Of a stretch of 64,000 nt of DNA, positions 13,074 through 26,235 are shown piece by piece. The position numbers were made by a program, and so were the translations under genes. Every line of letters starts with the position of its first letter. The first letter of the stretch is position 1. Source of the stretch: Octopus sinensis (Eukaryota); NCBI RefSeq assembly GCF_006345805.1, contig NC_042999.1, positions 154,628,001 to 154,692,000 of the forward strand, written 5' to 3'. Under the pieces are notes generated by a model. The model saw only the letters and a list, made by a program, of their open reading frames with translations. It did no database searches and was not told where the DNA came from.

Positions 13074-13308
13074 AACTTGTTACCAGTTCAAATAATGCTT
13101 GAGGCATATTTCAAAGCGTAAGGTCATTCACAGAATTTTGTCATAGAGAAAATTTCTCATTGAAGACAAATAGGTGTAAATACACCTTACACCTTACACC
13201 TTACATCTTCCTGTCTTCAACGAGAAATTTTCTCCATGACAAAATACAGTGACTGGATTTCTTACGAGTTTGACTATGCCTCAAGCGTATTTGAACTAGA
13301 AGCAAGTT
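13074..13308. mobile_element. Palindromic MITE, ~95-bp imperfect arms, central (CACCTTA)3
   Basis: 13074-13169 is the reverse complement of 13211-13308 by manual alignment. Confidence 0.75.
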
Positions 13309-13410
13309 TATATTTCTATAGATATATCTTATATAATATCTTTCCTTATCTTGTGTCTGTTCCTATTTAGTGTGCATCCTTATGTAATATCCATCATTAT
13401 TTAGTGACAC

Positions 13411-13800
13411 TACTGGCAGAATCGTTAGTACGCCGGGTGAAACGCTAAGCGGTATTTTATCTGCCGCTACGTTCTGAGTTCAAATTCCGCCGAGGTCAAC
13501 TTTGCCTTTCATCCTTTCGGGGTCGATTAAGTAAGTACCAGTTATGCACTGGGCTCGATATAATCGACTTAATCCGTTTGTCTGTCCTTGTTTGTCCACT
13601 CTGTGTTCAGCCCCTTGTGGGCAGTAAAGAAATAGGTATTTTGTCTGCCGCTACGTCCTGGGTTCAAATTTCGTCGAGGTCGACTTTGCTTTCATTCTTT
13701 CGGAGTCGATAACTTAAGTACCAGTTGAGTAGTGGGGTCGATGTAATCGACTATCCCCCTCTTCCAAATTTCAAGCTGTTTGCCTATAGTAGAATGTGTT
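13411..13800 (+). mobile_element. Family 1 SINE plus a second tandem partial copy
   Basis: Two B-box/gtcgactttgcc bodies in series. Confidence 0.85.
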
Positions 13801-13864
13801 ATCTCACTCCTGAGACTATTTTTTATTTTTATAAGTCCACCATTCACCCTTGTACTGAGTACTG

Positions 13865-14275
13865 TTGCCACATATTGGCAGATACTCCTGCGGATTGACT
13901 CTGTTGGACTGCATTCAACGCTGTATTTGTAATGCTATTGGTCCTGATATATCGTCTAAACTGAATTTACTCTCTCATCGTCGTCATATGACTTCCTTAT
14001 CGCTTTTCTATAAGTATTTTCATGGTCATTGTTCAACTAAGCTCTCTTCTCTGGTTCTTCCTTTAAGAATTTATCAGCGATCAACTAAACTTGCATCCAG
14101 TTCTCATCAGTATACTGTGCAACCTCCTAAGTGTCGTAAAGCACGTTACAGTACCAGTTTCCTCCCTCACATCTCTGAACTTTGATATTCCCTTCCACAG
14201 TCTTGTCTTTCTCTGCAATATGACCTTCAGTCTTTTAAGTCTAATATACATCGTCACCTATTGACTTCTGTCTAG
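13865..14275 (+). pseudogene. I/CR1-group LINE RT C-terminus and 3' end
   Basis: LLDCIQR...LSHRRHMTSLSLFYKYFHGHCS...SFLPHISEL*YSLP matches the pattern LDRIQRR..HRRxVASLSLFYRY..SFFPRT..LWNSLP. Confidence 0.75.
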
Positions 14276-15220
14276 CGTCCATTCTATTCAAGTAGCTCTT
14301 ACGTTTTCAGTGGTCTAAGGACCTTTTAACGAGCTAATGATTTTTAAAAAAACTATTCAGTGACTATATTTATTTTCTGCTGTTATTAGTTGAAATGAAC
14401 CCTACTAATAGCTTTGCTTGAATTTGTTACATAGTCTAATACATCTATGCTGATAGATACGAATGAAAATCTATAGCCAGAGTACAAGAGCTGTACCTAG
14501 AATGCTGCATTCTGTACCCACTTGCCCAGAATATCGCACTTAGGAAGCGAACTTTTTATCAGTATGCTTACAGCTCATTCAACAGGAAATAACTGCTAGA
14601 TGTCCCTTAAATCACATCTTACCATCTTTAAAAAAAAAGGTGAAGTTTTACTGCAGTCTTAGAAACACTAAGAATAAAAAAACACAGGATGATTACGGCT
14701 AGAGCGTTTTTAACCATAAGTACTGAATCAGGGTTTCCTGTAGTTAAACAACAACAATAACGACTCAAACCAACTTTGGAGCCTTTCTATAATCATTCAA
14801 CATGCAAAAAATAGCAGCCAAATTACACCATCCACTCCTTCAAAATATACTCTCATGTCTTAAAATGGAAAAAGTGTATTTCATAATGTACTCCTAGATA
14901 CATTATGCCAGAAAAAAATGAATGACAGCTGTCACACCTTTGGTTAAGATTTCCTGATTACTGGAGGCGGCGATGACGACAACGACTACATCGATACCTT
15001 TCAAATAATATTTTTTTTAATTAAGAAGTAAATTATATTTTTTTAATGGTTGTGTACGTCTTCTCTTTGCTATCAAATTAATCAAATAAAAACAAAATTC
15101 TATCTTAATGAAACGAAAATAATTTTGAATAATAAAAATTTTATTTCGTACAAAGTAACTTTAAATAGTTAAAATGCAACAGTGTAATATTACATTTAAA
15201 TCATTTGCTAAATTCATATA

Positions 15221-15496
15221 CTGTTGTGTCTAGGGAGAGTCATATTCCTTTTGTGCCTTAAAATGTAACACACTCACCGGTAAAATTTCCACTTATTTCT
15301 TATTTTTATTTTCCCAAAATTTTCGTTGCGTCTTGCAACATTTTCTATAGTCTTCAAGAGTCAAGACTATTGAAAAGTTTGCAAGACGCAACGAAAATTT
15401 TAGGAAAATAAAAATAAGAAATAAGTGGAAATTTTACCGGTGAGTGTGTTACATTATAAGGCACAAAAAGAAAATGACTCTCCCCAGACGCAACAG
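15221..15496. mobile_element. Near-perfect 276-bp foldback palindrome within a larger repeat
   Basis: Arms 15221-15355 and 15364-15496 are reverse complements. A partial second copy (centre, right arm and right flank) lies at 41712-41935. Confidence 0.85.
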
Positions 15497-15769
15497 AATA
15501 TGCTTCAGCACACGAACTCATATAAAGAATCTTGCAAACCAAATCCAAAAACGTAATAAATTCAAATAGTTTTTCTTGTTCAAATATCAATTAGATGATG
15601 AATATACAGAGTCGTTAGAGCATGACTCAAAATATTCCGTTCCAGTTCACTTAGCATTTTATTCATTCATGCAGATATATTATTTATTTTAGCAAGGAAA
15701 ATGTTGGGGTGACTTCCCCTTATGATCTGTGACAAATCGAACCAGCAGTTACCCTTCTTTTTATTTTTT

Positions 15770-16560
15770 TTTATTTGTTTTTTTGATCACGTGTCAGTCA
15801 TTGGACTACAAACATATTGGGTTTTAGTCGAACACATCGATACTAGTATTTAATCTTTTTAGATTCTATCGATCTCTTTTCTGCCACGCTAAATTACAGA
15901 GATGTAAACAAACCTATACCGAATATCCACAAACAGAAACACACACACTCGCACACGACGGACTTCCGTACAGTTCCCATCAACAAATTTACTCACAAGG
16001 TATTAGTTGTCCAAGGCTACAGTAGAATACACTTGCCCAAGGTGCCACACATTGGGACTGAACTCGAGACCGCCCGGCTGAAAAGCGAGCTTCTTAACCA
16101 CCCAGCCACACCTGCACTTCCACACGGTCAATACTAACCCATATGTCTATCAATGCAGGGGCATCAAACTCTACTTTGCGAGCCCAATTGAGGCAAAAGC
16201 TAGATCTCACGAGTCGGATAGGAAGGGGACAGTTAATCCAAAAACCCCTATTCATCATATTCTTTTTTTCTATCTTTTACTTATTTCAATCATTAGAATG
16301 CGGCCATGCTGGAGCACCGCCTTCAAGAATTTAGTCGAGCAAATCGACCCCAATACGTATTTTTAAACCTAGTACTTATTTTATCTATCTCAGTCTACTA
16401 AGATAGACGTAAACAAACCAACACCAGTTGTCGAGAGGGTGAGGGGGCAAACAGAAATACAAGAAACACGGGGCTATGGTAGAAAACGCTTGCCATGCAG
16501 TGGGACTGTACTCGGAACCTAGTGTTAAGGAAGCAAACACCTTACCTCACAGCCATGCCT
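15770..16560 (-). mobile_element. Two family 3 SINEs (head GGCGCAGGAGTGGCTGTGTGG) flanking a hAT-like end at ~16156
   Basis: Reverse-complement match to the full-length copy at 39985-40413; CAGGGGCATCAAAC hAT-type terminus. Confidence 0.7.
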
Positions 16561-17626
16561 GTGAGTTGGCCCCACTAAAACGATGAAGGAGTCAAAAAAC
16601 ATTATGGCAACTAAATATATCACTTTTTTAGTCTATGGATCCATGAGCTTCTTTTCCGTTGGATGAAATTACAAAAGATTCTTTATAGGCGCGGGCATGG
16701 CTGTGTGATAAGTATCTTGCTTTCCAACCACGTGGTTCCGGGTTCAGTCCCATTGCGTGACACCTTGGGCAGGCGTTTTCTACTATAGCCTCAGGCCGAC
16801 CAAAGCCTTGTGAGTAGAAAAGAATATTCAAAACCTCAGAATGTTTTGCCCACCCATCAACTTACCGATTCTGACATTCATCAATGTTTGTTATAGCAGA
16901 ATCAATGTGCGTTCCTACGCATGCTCCCTCGACCTGCGAGAAACAGCAGCTAAATATCCTTCAAATTACACCATACAATTTGAAATTTTAAAAAAAAATT
17001 GTATTGGAATTTTTCATTCACACCTAAGAAAAAGACAGGATGATCACGGCTAGAATACTTTCAATGATAGTTCCGCAGGTATGAATTGACCGATGCAAGA
17101 TATCAAATTTCTATTTTATCATTATCAGAGAAACGTAAATTTAAAGAAATCGAACGATATTATCGATTACATTTAACCCAACAGTTGTTGAGTAAGATAA
17201 TTTTATCGATCCAAGGCAAATTTGGAAATGGCGAGATTTGAACTCGAGATGTAACCAGCCGTAACAAAATACGCAAAACTTTTTGCTCGACACCTTAGAC
17301 TATTCCATTTCACACCACCAGCTTTTTGTAGTATTTTTTAGCATTAACACAAGACCATAAATTTGGAGGAAACAATAATAGTGACGCCATTACGACACAA
17401 GTGCGTTATTTGGAAAAAGATGGAGAAAAGGTGAAAAACATCCAGATTAACAGGAATAGAACACGGAACATTAAGATTCGTAACTAAATTTTGGAACGCA
17501 TTTTTTTTTACGATGCTCGAAAGATCCTGACAATCCTACGACGTTTGGATAGAGAAAAGAAAAATATAAACGAAGATGATAACGATAAACAGAACGAAAA
17601 TAAGGGGGAGTAAGCGCAGGCAGACA

Positions 17627-17825
<199 letters not shown>

Positions 17826-18571
17826 CGGAGGACATTAAAGGTGATGATGAAGGTAAAAACTGGGAGGAGCTAGATCGATAAGAAGGCTGTTGATTGGTGT
17901 ATTTTTCTGCCAAGTGATTGAAACGTCAGCTTGTTGCTAACCATTTGGCGTGGCGAAATAAATATTCTTCGGAATTGCGTGGGTACAACATTTCGGCAGT
18001 CACGTGCTTCAGACTGTCCACCGTGTGGTTATATAAGCTTTTTGGTGGGATAAAAAAAATAGCACATTCAATATCAGTGAGACAAATAATATACGTACAT
18101 TGACATCTCTATCTCTCTCTCTCACACACACACACACGTGTACAAACACAGGCAGACACACACACACATCGACACGCAGAACAGACGCACATGTGTGTGT
18201 ATGGCTTTTTGCTGGTAATTATATACCTGTATGTGTGTTGACGCAATAGTATAAGTGTGTGTGGGTGGATGTCAGTGAATGTGTATGTGTAGGTGTATAT
18301 GTGTGTGAAGGTGTAAGAACATGTGTGTGTGTGTAGGCATATGTGTATGTAATGTATGCATACGTGTGTATGTATGCGTGTGTGTGTGTGTGTGTGTTAC
18401 ATATTTTTATTTAGTAAGTCAAAAACGCAAGTCGATCTTCAACACCATTGCAGTCCCACCAATGCTGACCTGATTAAACTTTGTGTCAGAACTTATATAG
18501 ATTGATGACCACAGGGAAAATTTAAAGAGAGGTTGGCCGTTCTGGGCATTTCTGTATAGTTTAGAAATTGC

Positions 18572-19123
18572 CAAGTGATACGGGTCACGGATGGAATTGT
18601 TTGGGCGGCTTTTATTTCACATCGTAACTCTGGCAAGACCAAAATCCGAAAAACAAAATATTCGTTTGCATATAGACAAATACAGGTATAACAAATACCA
18701 TACAACATAAATTCTTCATTTTAATAAAATGATCTCTAATTCTAGATGGTCAAAAAGACCAGTTCCGTCAGAGAAGGGTAGACAATCTCAGGACTCAAGA
18801 ATTCTCCAAACCGTTAAGGAACAGGACAAACATTTTGTTTGAAGATAGGAGGATAGTGTGGACACATGTTTCGGGCTCAGTAGCCATCGTCAGTATGACA
18901 ATTTACCAACCTTATCTCCATTAATCAAAGGACTTAGACATATATAAGGAGTAGAAGACATTTATGGTCTAGGTCAGCGCTTCTGAAACTTGTTTTCATT
19001 CATGACCCCATTTTTTATCACGAGAATTTTCACGATTCCACAGACACGTGTACCCTTAACGCAGTTCTCGGGGAGATTCGGCGTGACACAGAGTGTGACA
19101 AGGCTGGCCCTTCGAAATACAGG
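18572..19123. repeat. Arm 1 of a ~550-bp inverted duplication (partner 20329-20869)
   Basis: Continuous reverse-complement match by eye, with scattered differences. Confidence 0.92.
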
Positions 19124-19542
19124 TACAACAGAAACAGGAAGAAATAGTGAGAGAAAATTGTGGTGAAAGAGTACTGCAGGGTTCTCCACCAGCCCCTGTC
19201 GTAGCCTCGTGGAGCTTTAGATGTTTTCGCTCAATAAACACTCACAACACTCGAAACCACGATCCTACGACCGTGAGTCCGTTGCCCTAACCACTGGGCC
19301 ATTGTGCCTCCACACGACACCAGGTATTAAATATGAAATGAAACATACAAATATATAAATCATTTATTTTTTTGCTGAAAAATATGCCTATAAAAAAAGT
19401 AGTTATTATCATTTGTCAAAATGAAAGAAGTTTTAGGATTTGTGTGTTTGTGAAATAACACATAAACTGAAATCCAGGTGTTTGAATTTAAATTTCGCGA
19501 CCCCAGCATTTCGCTTCGTGACCCATAGTTTAAGAAGCGCTG
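18975..19542. mobile_element. hAT (Charlie-type) MITE with a nested family 2 SINE (19031-19313, -)
   Basis: TIR cagcgcttct / agaagcgctg; 8-bp TSD gtctaggt / gtctcgga (6/8 match, NTCTAGAN-like). Confidence 0.75.
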
Positions 19543-20328
19543 GTCTCGGAAATCTGTATAAATTAAATAAAAATGAGCTAAGAGAGATAACTCAGAGGGA
19601 TTAGTTGCACAACAACATTAAAAAATAACTGGCTGCAACGATGATCGTTCCAGTTGATCCCATCAGTCAAACGGCCTGCTCGTGAAATTAACGTTCAAGT
19701 GGTTGAGCACTCCACGGATACACGTGTCCTTAACGTAGATCTTGGGGAGATTCAGTGTGACACAGAGTGTAACAAGACTGGCCCTTTGATATTGCAGATA
19801 CTACTCGTTTTTGCCAGCTGAGTGGACTGGCGCAACATGAAATAAAGTTTCTTGCTGAAGAATACAACGTGCTGCCAGAAATCGAGCTCACGATCTAATG
19901 ACCGTGAGCCGAATACCCTAATCACGAAGCTACGCGCATCCACTACATAGGCAAATACAGGTATATAAAATATTACACAACATAAACTCTCGGTTTAGTT
20001 AAATTATCTCTGCCTCTAGATGTATCATAATTAGTTTCCAATTTGGCACAAGGCCAGCAATTTTAGGGGAAGGGTGGCTAGTCTATCACATCGACTTCAG
20101 TGTTCAACTGGTACTTATTTTATCGACCCCGAAAGGAGGAAAACCAAAGTCAATCTCTGCGGAATTTGAACTCAGAACATAAAGACAGATGAACTGCTAC
20201 TAAACTTTTTGCCCAGCGTGCTAACGATTCTGCCAGCCCTTTGCCTTGGGATGTGTTATGATCACCAAATGGAAACAGACACCAACTGTTACCCTCTTTA
20301 CATCCTTGTTGATGCCACTTACCTGCTC

Positions 20329-20869
20329 CCTGTATTTCGAAGGGCCAGCCTTGTCACACTCTGTGTCACGCCGAATCTCCCCGAGAACTGCGTTAAGGGT
20401 ACACGTGTCTGTGGAATCGTAAAAAATGGGGTCATGAATGAAAAAAAAGTTTAAGAAGCGCTGACCTAGACCATAAATGTCTTCTACTCCTTATATTAAA
20501 GGTCTAAGTCCTTTGATTAATGGAGATAAGGTTGGTAAATTGTTATACTGACGATGGCTACTGAACCCGAAACACGTGTCCACACTGTCCTCCTATCTTC
20601 AAACAAAATGTTTGTCCGTTTCCTTAACGGTTTGGAGAATTCTTGAGTCCTGAGATTGTCTACCCTTCTCTGACGGAGCTGGTCTTTTTGACCATCTAGA
20701 AGCAGAGATCATTTTATTAAAATGAAGAATTTATGTTGTATGATATTTGTTATACCTGTATTTGTCTATATGCAAAGGAATATTTTGTTTTTCGGATTTT
20801 GGTCTTGCCAGAGTTACGGTGTGGAATAAAAGCCGCCCAAACCACCCCATCCGTGACCCGTACCACTTG
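20329..20869. repeat. Arm 2 of the inverted duplication
   Basis: See 18572-19123. Confidence 0.92.
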
Positions 20870-21476
20870 TCTCTCACTGGTGACCTTTCTCCCTCAAGAA
20901 GTTCGGTGAAAGCAATTTCGTTGTCCTTGATATGTCTGACACAAGAACCTCTTCTTCTAAATTACCCTCTTCCTATGGATTCCATTGTTGTTATTATTGT
21001 TTGTTCCTTCTCGACCCATACCTTGCTCATAGGGGCCGGTTTCCCGGTTTCATTGCTGTATAGGTTCCTCACCTGGACGGGTCGCCGGTCCGTCGCAGGA
21101 GGAAAGAATGAGAGAAAGTTGTGGCGAAAGAGTCAGCAGAAGTTCGCCATTACCTTCCGCCGGAGCCGCGTGGAGGTTAGGTGCTTTCGCTCATAAACAC
21201 ACACATCGCTCGGTCTGAGATTCGAATCCGCGATCCCTCGACCGCGAGTCCGCTGCTCTAACCACTAGGTCATGTGCCCCCACATAGATTCCATTGTTCA
21301 TTTGATTTTTAGGTTGAAAGATCGTAACGTGCCATTTAAGCGTGTAACGATAGGCTTTCTATGACTGCTCCCAGGCTTTATCGATTCTGTTGTGCTTCAA
21401 TGTTCATGCATGCAAGCATATGTACAGTCATGCTTACATATATGCAAATAAACATACATCTATATATAAAGTTAAA

Positions 21477-21872
21477 TCTCTCTATATACATAAAGCTGAA
21501 GTTGTCTGTGTATGGCAGGTTTGGTAGCCTTCAACTAACACTATCTCCTCCGAGACCCTGCAGCGCAAGTTGACCAAAATTGAGAGTATGATAGAAGAAG
21601 GCTTGCTCTTCATTCCGTAGGAGAAAAAATTCAAATCGGACCATGTTAACACCAAAAATTATATACATCAAAAAGGTGTTGTTTTTTTCTATGAAAATCC
21701 CTATTTTTTACGATTTTTTGACTGCTGTGTTGCCATTTTTCGGTGTATTTCAACCAGAAAAAGGTTCACTTAAAGAGAATAAGAAGCTATATAATGCAAA
21801 ATTTTTACTTTTCAAAAATTCCAATTCTAAAGGGTCTAAACAAACCCGAGCAACGCCAGGCGATACTGCTAG
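21477..21872 (+). mobile_element. Non-autonomous Helitron-like element, subtype B
   Basis: A|TCTCTCTATATACATAAAGC ... CCCGAGCAACGCCAGG CGATACTGCTAG|T; inverted sister copy at 43807-44199. Confidence 0.85.
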
Positions 21873-22042
21873 TTTTCTTATAAAGTATATTTTTAAGTAT
21901 ACTTCACAATATATGGACTGTATTAAGAAGTGCTCATTGCGAGCTAAATCGAAGGAAAAAGGAAATTTTAGAAGGAACAAATCTAGGCAAATAGAAATTC
22001 ACAGCATAATTTAAAATACACAACCAGATGAATATACATATG

Positions 22043-22375
22043 AGATCCCCTTCGGTCTTGACTGACCGTGGGATTGCACCTAGAAAGTTACCCTCCGAGG
22101 CACAAGTCCGGGCAAGGTTGTTTATGGAAGACCATCAGTAGCCCATGCATACTGGCCTCCCTCTCCACGCCACCAGTGGAATCCAAGGGAATGGCAAAGG
22201 CCAATACAGCTTGGCACCTGTGACGTCGCAACTCATTTCTACAGCTGAGTGAACTGGAGCAACGTGAAATAAAGGGTCTTTCTCAAGAAGACAACACGCA
22301 GCCCGATCCAGGATTGGAACTCACAACCTCACGATCGTAAGCCCGACGCTCTAACCACTGAGCCATGTGCCTTCA
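22043..22375 (-). mobile_element. tRNA-derived SINE, family 4, full length
   Basis: Minus-strand head ggcacatggctcagtggttagagcgtcgggcttacgatcgtgagg..gagttccaatcc; related copies at 32325-32565 and 60735-60900. Confidence 0.8.
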
Positions 22376-23408
22376 CATAGTGAATATACATATAAATTTA
22401 TAAATCAGTGAACAAAATTACATGTAAAAGACATATATACATCTATATATATTCTTTACTACCCACAAGGGGCTAAACACAGAGGACAACAGGACAGACA
22501 CGATTAAGTCGATTACATCGATCCCAGTGCGTAACTGGTACATTATCGCCCATGAAAGGCAAAGTCGACCTCGGCATACAGAATACAGGCGAATACGAAA
22601 TACGGCTACGCATTTCGCCCGGCGTGCTAACGGTTCTGCCAGCATGCGTACGTGCATGCATGCATGCATGCATACATACATACATACATACATACATACA
22701 TACATACATACGTTACTGTGTTTTGCTGTGTCTTGCTGTTGCTGTTTTCGTTGCAGTTGTTGTTGCTGCTGCTGCTGTTGAGCGAACGGTCTTCGTCCCA
22801 GAGCTCGCAAGATGGGAGAAGTCCAATACGTGGTCCTTTGCTATTCGTAAGACCCGCAGAAGAGAAAGCAGGTCAACTCCCGACACCGAGAGCATCGACG
22901 GATGAATGAATGCGCATCCAGGCTCAGCGGTTGCGTAGGAAGTCGGGGACAAGAAACAAGAAGAAAGAGTGAGAGAAAGTTGGGGCGAAAGAATACAACA
23001 GGGGTCGCCACCACTCCCTACCGGAGCCTCGTGGAGCTTTAGGTGTTTTCGCTCAATAAACACACAAAACGCCCGGTTTGGGAATCGAAACAGCGATCCT
23101 CCAACCGCGAGTCCGCTGCCCTAACCACTGGGCCATTGCGCCCCCACTTTGCTGCTGTTGCTCTTGCTTCTCTCATTTCGCTTTTATGTTATTTTTGTCA
23201 GTATTTTTTCCTGTTTCTGTTGTTGTAGAGCCTCAGGTCAACTCCAATTGAAAAAACCATCAAAAACCATTCCACTCGTGACCAACCTGTCTGTTCATAG
23301 TTGTCCAGGATTAGAATTACCCACCTTTTAAAAAAAAAGAGCAGGTTCTAATTTTGACGAAGATTTGACTACTATTTCTAGCAGGCCTAGCTTAGGAGTA
23401 GTACTTAC

Positions 23409-23492
23409 TCCATTGTAAGTCTCAGGTGAGTGTGCAAAGAGTTAGTAATTATGAATGAGTTAGAGAATGTACTGAAACGGAGATACTTCTGG
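23409..23492 (-). CDS. Candidate 84-bp internal exon, phase 2-2: QKYLRFSTFSNSFIITNSLHTHLRLTM
   Basis: Minus-strand acceptor ttttaattttcttcattgaatttctgtttcctgtag| and donor GA|GTAAGTAC. Length divisible by 3, exactly one open frame, non-repetitive context. No protein family recognised. Confidence 0.4.
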
Positions 23493-23626
23493 CTACAGGA
23501 AACAGAAATTCAATGAAGAAAATTAAAACATCTCAAAATATACATAATTATGTTTTGTCGTGTTGTTATTTATTGCTAAAATAAAGCGGCGGTAAAACAG
23601 CCGATATTATACAGAGTTTGTACGTC

Positions 23627-23643
23627 TGTGTGTGTGTGTGTGC

Positions 23644-23691
<48 letters not shown>

Positions 23692-24010
23692 GTGTGAGTG
23701 TGTGTGTGCATGCATATGAATATATATATATATATAACACGTATATATATATATATATAAAAACAGATGTTTCTGTTTGTATGCATGTATATATATATAT
23801 ATATATAGATATAGATATGGATATATACGTATATGTGTATGCATGCATACGTGTATGTATGCACGTACATATGTATGTACCTACGTATGTATGTATGTAT
23901 GTATGTATGTATGTATGTATGTATGTATGTATGTATGTATGAATGTATGTATGTATGTATGTATGTATGTATGTATGTATGTATGTGTGTGTATGTAAGT
24001 GTATGTGTAT
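23627..24010. repeat. Compound (TG)n(TA)n(TATG)n microsatellite
   Basis: Direct reading. Confidence 0.95.
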
Positions 24011-24050
24011 ATAAAGCCGAAAGAATGCAATTTGTAAAAGATAATACAAA

Positions 24051-24238
24051 TCGATGTTTAATACATTTACCTGCTATTTCAATATTTCGGTGTTATGACC
24101 TCATCTTCAGGAAATCTTCGGAGAAATCGTGTTGTGAACTACAGTACAGAGAAGTCAGTTCACAACAGCAATTTCCCGAAGATTTCTCGAGGAAAGCGTC
24201 TTAACCCCGAAATACCGAAATACAGGTTAAACCATCGA
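24051..24238. mobile_element. Degenerate palindromic MITE (~85-bp arms, 16-nt loop)
   Basis: tcgatg...gaaatcttcgg...tgttgtgaact / agttcacaaca...ccgaagatttc...catcga. Confidence 0.7.
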
Positions 24239-24942
24239 CTTGTATAATTTCATATAACTGGTATGTTTTTGGAGGCGGGGAAGGGGCTTAAAAAATAATT
24301 GTATATATATATATGTACATGTAAGCATATGCATTTATGCATCTGTTTATGCATATATACATGTATTTATAAAAAGATTTTGCAACAAATTCTTGTTAGA
24401 GTCTCATTTGAAGAAAGATTTTCTTAAGATATCAATTATTTATATAAAAATGTTTTAAAAAGCAAAATGACTAGAAATTTTTGGAGGGAAGTTTTTGTGT
24501 TGTGTTTGTGCTGTTTAGTTTTTTAAACAAATGTTTTATGAGGCAACCTGTATATATGTATAAATCTGTAAGGCGGGACTCTAAATTAGGAGTTTCATGT
24601 AACTGATAATTCAACTAGTAGTCCGAGTCGCTTTGGTTTTCACGTATCTATTATTCGAATATATCACGCATATACTAAAACGCAATGTGTTTCACACCCC
24701 GATCACGCTAGGAGAGGGAAGCTAAAACAACAAAGGAAGTGAGATGAATGAAAGTCAGAAAATTTTAATGAGCTGGAGTGAGATATTTTGCCATGAAATG
24801 GCAAAGTAAAAACCGCAAGTATTTGTCAACAATTTCATTTAATGTATTAATTTCATAAATATGTATGTATGTATGGATGGATGGATGGATGGATGGATGG
24901 ATGGATGGATGATAGATGGATGGATGGATGCATGCATTATGT

Positions 24943-25162
24943 GAAGTTAAATATTAATGTTGTTTTTTTTTCCTTTTTAAATTTTAAAAATTTTATTGCC
25001 CGCTTTTTCCATGCTTACCCTTCCTGACACTAACTCTTATCTGTTTATCCCAGTAAAGTAGTAAAGAATACCTTTCTTCAAACGTGTTCGAATCGAGGAG
25101 TTGTCAATAGACTACACCGTTTTTAGGGATGTTTCCAAGCTCGCTGACGTCTTAACCACACA
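24943..25162 (+). repeat. ~215-bp segment duplicated at 28901-29110
   Basis: Direct-repeat alignment by eye. Confidence 0.85.
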
Positions 25163-25224
25163 CATACATATATATATATATATATTACAGGGCTTAGAAA
25201 AACTAAAAGACTGCTGCAATAAGT

Positions 25225-26235
25225 GTGTGAAAACAATAAAACATAACACCATATCTCATCTCAAAACACTATTGTATATATCAACTCACAAGCTTAGAAA
25301 CAATGAGGCATACAATACTGTTGCGCAAAATCTTCCTTTACTAACTAGAGACCCAAAAGTGAACAATATCCTGAAAGCACATGAATTCATCAAATGCAAA
25401 AGGCAACACAAATCGTTAAAGAGACTTCTAACAAATGCGAAGCTTTACACCACAACCACGAAACCAACGGTTAAAAAATGTGGACGCCCAAACTGTGGAA
25501 CATGCCCCAACCTACTTGAAGGCTCGGATAACCTTTTCAAACAAATTTCCTTTTCACTTGTGCCTCTGGAAATCTAATTTATGTAATAAATCACTACATA
25601 GGACAGACGAGTATGACATTGAGACGGAGAACCACTCTACATAAAGAGCAGATCCGGTTCTCGCAATACCGACAGATTTTCCTTTAAGTGGACACAGAGA
25701 GAGATGTACAGGTAACAGCAAACCAAATTTCACAGTTTTCCCTTTCTACCAATGCAAAGATACAATTTCTATAGAAGACCGTTTAAATAAAGAGAATTTA
25801 TTCATCAAAAAATACAGAAAATTTCTAAATATGCACACATAACCAACTTTGATCTCTATACATATTTTAATTCACGATTATGTACATCACTGTACATAAT
25901 TCACCCACTACTCTAGTTTTTGAATTTTTGTGCATATACATCTACATATATATATTCCCCACCCTATCCCCACCACCGAAACATCAGCAATTATCTCCCC
26001 TATCCACAATAATAACGATAACCAATGCCGCTCCTTAGATTTTTCTACTTGTTGAATCATTCATTCATAAACTACACACAGGACATGGACAAAACAAATT
26101 TTTCTTAGGAAAATACATATTCAAATAAATTTTAATGTCGTGATTAGCGAAAGCGAAACTGGTCGACAAACACAATACAAAATATATCAAAAATGATATT
26201 CAAACAATACAAAGTGTGTGCATTTTCCTTCTTTA

